Shown: piece by piece, positions 60,154 to 64,000 of the stretch
Numbering within the stretch: position 1 is the stretch's first letter
Layout of the letters: each line of letters starts with the position of its first letter
Source of the DNA: Tubulanus polymorphus
Lineage: Eukaryota; Animalia; Nemertea
Assembly: GCF_964204645.1 (NCBI RefSeq)
Contig: NC_134032.1
Location: 1,794,416 to 1,858,415, forward strand
DNA length: 64,000 bases
Direction of reading: 5' to 3'
Translations under genes and position numbers: made by a program
The notes under the pieces: model-generated
Seen by the model: the letters and a program-made list of their open reading frames with translations, nothing else
Told to the model about the DNA's origin: nothing
Databases searched by the model: none

Positions 60154-60662
60154 GGCCAGTTGCATAGTCATGACTTAGACTGAAGACCAGTCTAAGACCA
60201 ACTTAGTTCTATAGCCAATCTAACAACTTAAGACCAGTCTAAGCTCATTTTAGTTCTATAACCAATCTAACAACTTAAGACCAGTCTAAGCTCATTTTGG
60301 TTCTATAACCAATCTAACAACTTAAGACCAGTCTAAGCTCATTTTGGTTCTATAACCAATCTAACAACTTAAGACCAGTCTAAGCTCATTTTGGTTCTAT
60401 AACCAATCTAACAACTTAAGACCAGTCTAAGCTCATTTTGGTTCTATAACCAATCTAACAACTTAAGACCAGTCTAAGCTCATTTTGGTTCTATAACCAA
60501 TCTAACAACTTAAGACCAGTCTAAGCTCATTTTGGTTCTATAACCAATCTAACAACTTAAGACCAGTCTAAGTCCAACTTCGTTCTATAGCCAATCTAAC
60601 AAAAAACCAGTCTTAAGATTTAAGACCAATTTTGGACTTAAGTCACAACTGTGCAACTGGCC
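60154..60662. mobile_element. MITE carrying an internal array of ~9 homogeneous 47-bp repeats
   Basis: TIRs GGCCAGTTGCATAGTCATGACTTA / TAAGTCACAACTGTGCAACTGGCC enclose the array. Confidence 0.85.
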
Positions 60663-62136
60663 ACAGGTTATTCTACGAATCTTCTCTTCACATTACGGTA
60701 TATATATTAAATACTAAATTGAAATCTATTTCCATTAAAATGTAACGATATCACGAATATATGTTAACGATTTGTTAAAGTATTTCGCCGTCCGCACTCC
60801 ACCTCAGCTTCCAAATTCCCCGTCCCCCTCTCACCTATTTCCATCTGGTTTAATTACCCCCCCCCCCTCACACTTTGTCCGCTCACTCCCCCGTCGCAAG
60901 CTCAGCTACCACCCACCGAATTCCCTCCCCCCCGACCATGTTACTCACACTCACTGCGCGTTCATCATCTACCTGTCCCGATCTATTATTCTGCGCGCTG
61001 TCTCTGGGAACAACGACAGCTGGGGGATCATGGTTTTGATTTTTAATTTCGCCTAATTTTCCACATCACGTTTTCTACCCGGTCGAAGAGTTGCCGAATT
61101 ATTCACGTTGCCTGACCGCGGGGCATGATTAGAGTAAATGTATCTACACGGGATTGTAATAAAAATTAAAGTACCGGGTACTTCACGTTGCCGTCAGTGT
61201 TGTAGCGATTTTATCGGTTCTTCGGTGCAGAAAAGACGCGCGATAACTACAACGAAGGATATGTCATACGATCGCGATCATAATTGGATAGCGGCGAGGC
61301 TACTGAGGGAAGCGAGGATTCAGCGAGAATCCACCAGGTGTCGCTAGTGGCACCGGGTTACCGCGCTTCATTTCCTTCTACATTTCGATAAACTTCGAGT
61401 CAAATTTTCTGATCAGTTAATCAATTTTCAGCGAAATCAATACAGCACACTGATTGAGAAAGGAAATCGTATATCAATTCGATGAGTCGTTTGATAATTT
61501 CCGGATTTGGAAGCCTAAAAATGATGTTCAAATTTCATCGAAAACGAACTGATTTTCACCACGAGTAACCCAGTGATTTGTTGCGCCATCTGGCGTTGCC
61601 GGTATCTCATTCTGTTGGATATGAGTCAAGCGCGGCGTACGAACGTTACATTAATTGGTCGAATCAACCATCGATTTTAAAGATGTTATTCCTTCGGGTT
61701 TTGATGCCACCCATAAGTAAGCCTTATGAATGGAGCGATACCTGCTGCCTAAAAGGCTCATGGTTGTAATGGAAAAAATGCGATGAACTACCCGAGACTA
61801 GAGCTTTACATCGACAAGTTTGATGGTCTCGACTCCAAATTCGATAGGGCGCACACTCCTTGTCAGGTGTTATTTTGTCTGTTGCGGAGATATTTCGAAA
61901 ACTAGCGGGAGGGGATGGTACCGGAAACTTTGGGGGAAGGGGGCGGGTGATACCGGATGGCACTGTCAGGCGGGGAAGGATAGAATAAAAAGTGGCACCT
62001 ATATTTTTCACGTCAGTTCAGTTGGTTTACCACGACTAACAAAATAAGTCGCCGCGAGTAAAATAAATTCTCGCCATCTCGTCGAAAAGCTTGTAAACGA
62101 ATTCGAAAACCGAGATGAAAATAAAGCGTAAAAGCA

Positions 62137-62212
62137 GTGCACTCACCGGGATTCGAACCCGGGTCTCATTCGAGGAAAGCAAGCGTGTTAACCAGTAGAC
62201 CAATACGGTTAG
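62137..62212 (-). mobile_element. tRNA-like pseudogene or SINE head
   Basis: TTGGTCTACTGGTTAA A-box and CCGGGTTCGAATCCCGG T-arm; acceptor and anticodon stems do not pair well. Confidence 0.55.
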
Positions 62213-64000
62213 TCCTTGGCTCGTGGTTATACAACTTCTCATATTCATAACGACTGAATTACTAAACGTCGTATGAAGGATAACTCTTGTAAGTACAAAT
62301 AAGATAAGACAGACAACAATGGGTGTCGCCATCTAGCGGGCCGACTCCGCCACTCTCTATGAATCGAGATCAATCGTATAAACATAATGCGAGATCATTG
62401 TTATCTCGTTTCATCAGCGGAATATCGTTTTTTATGATTGCCATTTCATCATCATCTTTTCTTCGTCGTCGTCGTCGTCGTCGTCGTCTTTTGAGTTATT
62501 ACTATTCATGAAACGACCCGGCGCGGCGCGCGGAGTCCATCTCGGCGCGATGCCGTATATTTCTAAAAATCCATTAGCGGAATTCGTACGCCGTTTGCGT
62601 AATCGCCTTTTCATACAGGCGGCAGCGATCGGGCGGCCATCTTCGCATCCCTTACCCCCGTCACTCGAGGGACAGAGCGCGCACCGATACAACCGATAAA
62701 AATATGCGTTGATCATATCCCGTTTTTATTTACGATGATGCACAGCGCGCGGCGGGGCGGGTGCGCGCTTTGTGCAACGTGTTTGATTTATTGTGTATGC
62801 GATGCGCACTTAGCGCCGGAGCTTCGCCTACTGACTGATAACTTTCTTTCATCGACATAAAAGATCCGAATAAACCATCAATTAGATGGTATATAGTATA
62901 TAAAATCGACGAAATTTTTTTACCGGCGAAATGGGCTCTCTCATCTTTGCGCACGCGCATTGATATCCTTTTCTCGTCGCTTCTTAATTGGTCTAGCGGA
63001 TCGATAGATTACGTTTAGTGATCATTATCAGAAGCAACTCCTCCGAAGACACAAGAAGAAGAACTCCCCGAATGATTTTTTAACCGAGTGAGTATAAAAA
63101 GGTGTAGTAGTTGCAGTAAAAGAGTTTTCGATATGCATTTCATTTTATAATAAAAAAGGCTTCAGGACGGGAAGTTCAAAATTGAACGTTGAAATTTGCC
63201 CTTTTCTAGTTTGGCGATTGATATGAGGACGTGATATGGGATGTGCCTTTTTTACTTTGGGGGAAAAAACGAAATGAACGCAATTTTCGAAATGCGTAGC
63301 ACCTGCTTACGGCCCTACCGTCTGTCAATCTTCGCCTGGGCCTGTGTGCAACGTGACCACGTTTGCGTTCATCCTCGCTTGCCAGGGGTTCGGTATAGCT
63401 ACCCGAACTCGCTTCCACCACCAGCGCCCCCTGGCCTCACGATGCGTGATTTCTGGATTACTGGCGCTGTTGGCGCATGACGTCATATATGGATTTGCGA
63501 AATACTTCCTTGTTCGGTAAAACGTTCGCTTATTGGTCGATTTTAAATCGGGAAATCCAACGGATGTCTAATGTCGTTTTGTTACAAGCGCGGTGATTGG
63601 CCCGACTGGACTCTGGTCGGCTGGTAACGACTCCAATCAGTCGCGAGGTCAAGGAATTCGGGGAACAGCTTTAGCGTAGTGGGTTCGAATCCCTTGACGG
63701 GTGAAGCTGGTAATTTACAAATAATAAAGTTTGAATTCATGTCCTCATTGAAAATAAGAAGTAACCGATAGCAATAACACCAAAAATTGTGAGTTAAACT
63801 TTTTTTGTAGAACTGAACATTACATTAAAACAATCACGTCTAGATTGGGCAAAACGAAATGCGATGACGTCAGATCCGGGCACAGAAGATTGAATATTAA
63901 CGACATCACGCTTGGACTCACTGCACACAGAATATCGACGTGATTCAATCGCGATTAAAAACGAACGAATGGAATTTCGCCCGTAACGAAATGAAAAACT

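Noticed and set aside
62137-62212. Functional tRNA gene (also tRNA-like boxes near 33000, 41860, 51950, 54505, 63685)
   Set aside because: A/B boxes present but acceptor and anticodon stems do not pair; better explained as SINE heads or pseudogenes

Overview
Animal (bilaterian invertebrate) genomic DNA containing a complete 16,650-bp Polinton/Maverick-type (adintovirus-like) endogenous virus at 3319-19968. The element is bounded by 93-bp terminal inverted repeats (AG...CT ends) and a perfect 6-bp target-site duplication (GCCATT). It encodes protein-primed PolB, RVE integrase with chromodomain, A32-like packaging ATPase, putative major and minor capsid proteins and about seven membrane proteins, but no recognisable protease. 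Three features stand out. (1) A 355-aa LAGLIDADG-type intein splits the catalytic YxD/TD motif of pPolB and ends in an atypical Val-Asn. (2) All 15 gene starts carry a TAAAT(G) element with an upstream box at nearly fixed spacing, resembling poxvirus late/intermediate promoters and suggesting a helper-dependent, virophage-like lifestyle. (3) Three genes are each broken by one apparent extra base. The rest of the window is host DNA: two rhodopsin-type peptide GPCR ORFs, a 5'-truncated LINE, Penelope remnants with minimal hammerhead ribozymes, MITEs, tRNA-derived SINE heads, satellites and repeat-borne CTCF-like motifs. All calls are by eye from sequence motifs; no database search was run.
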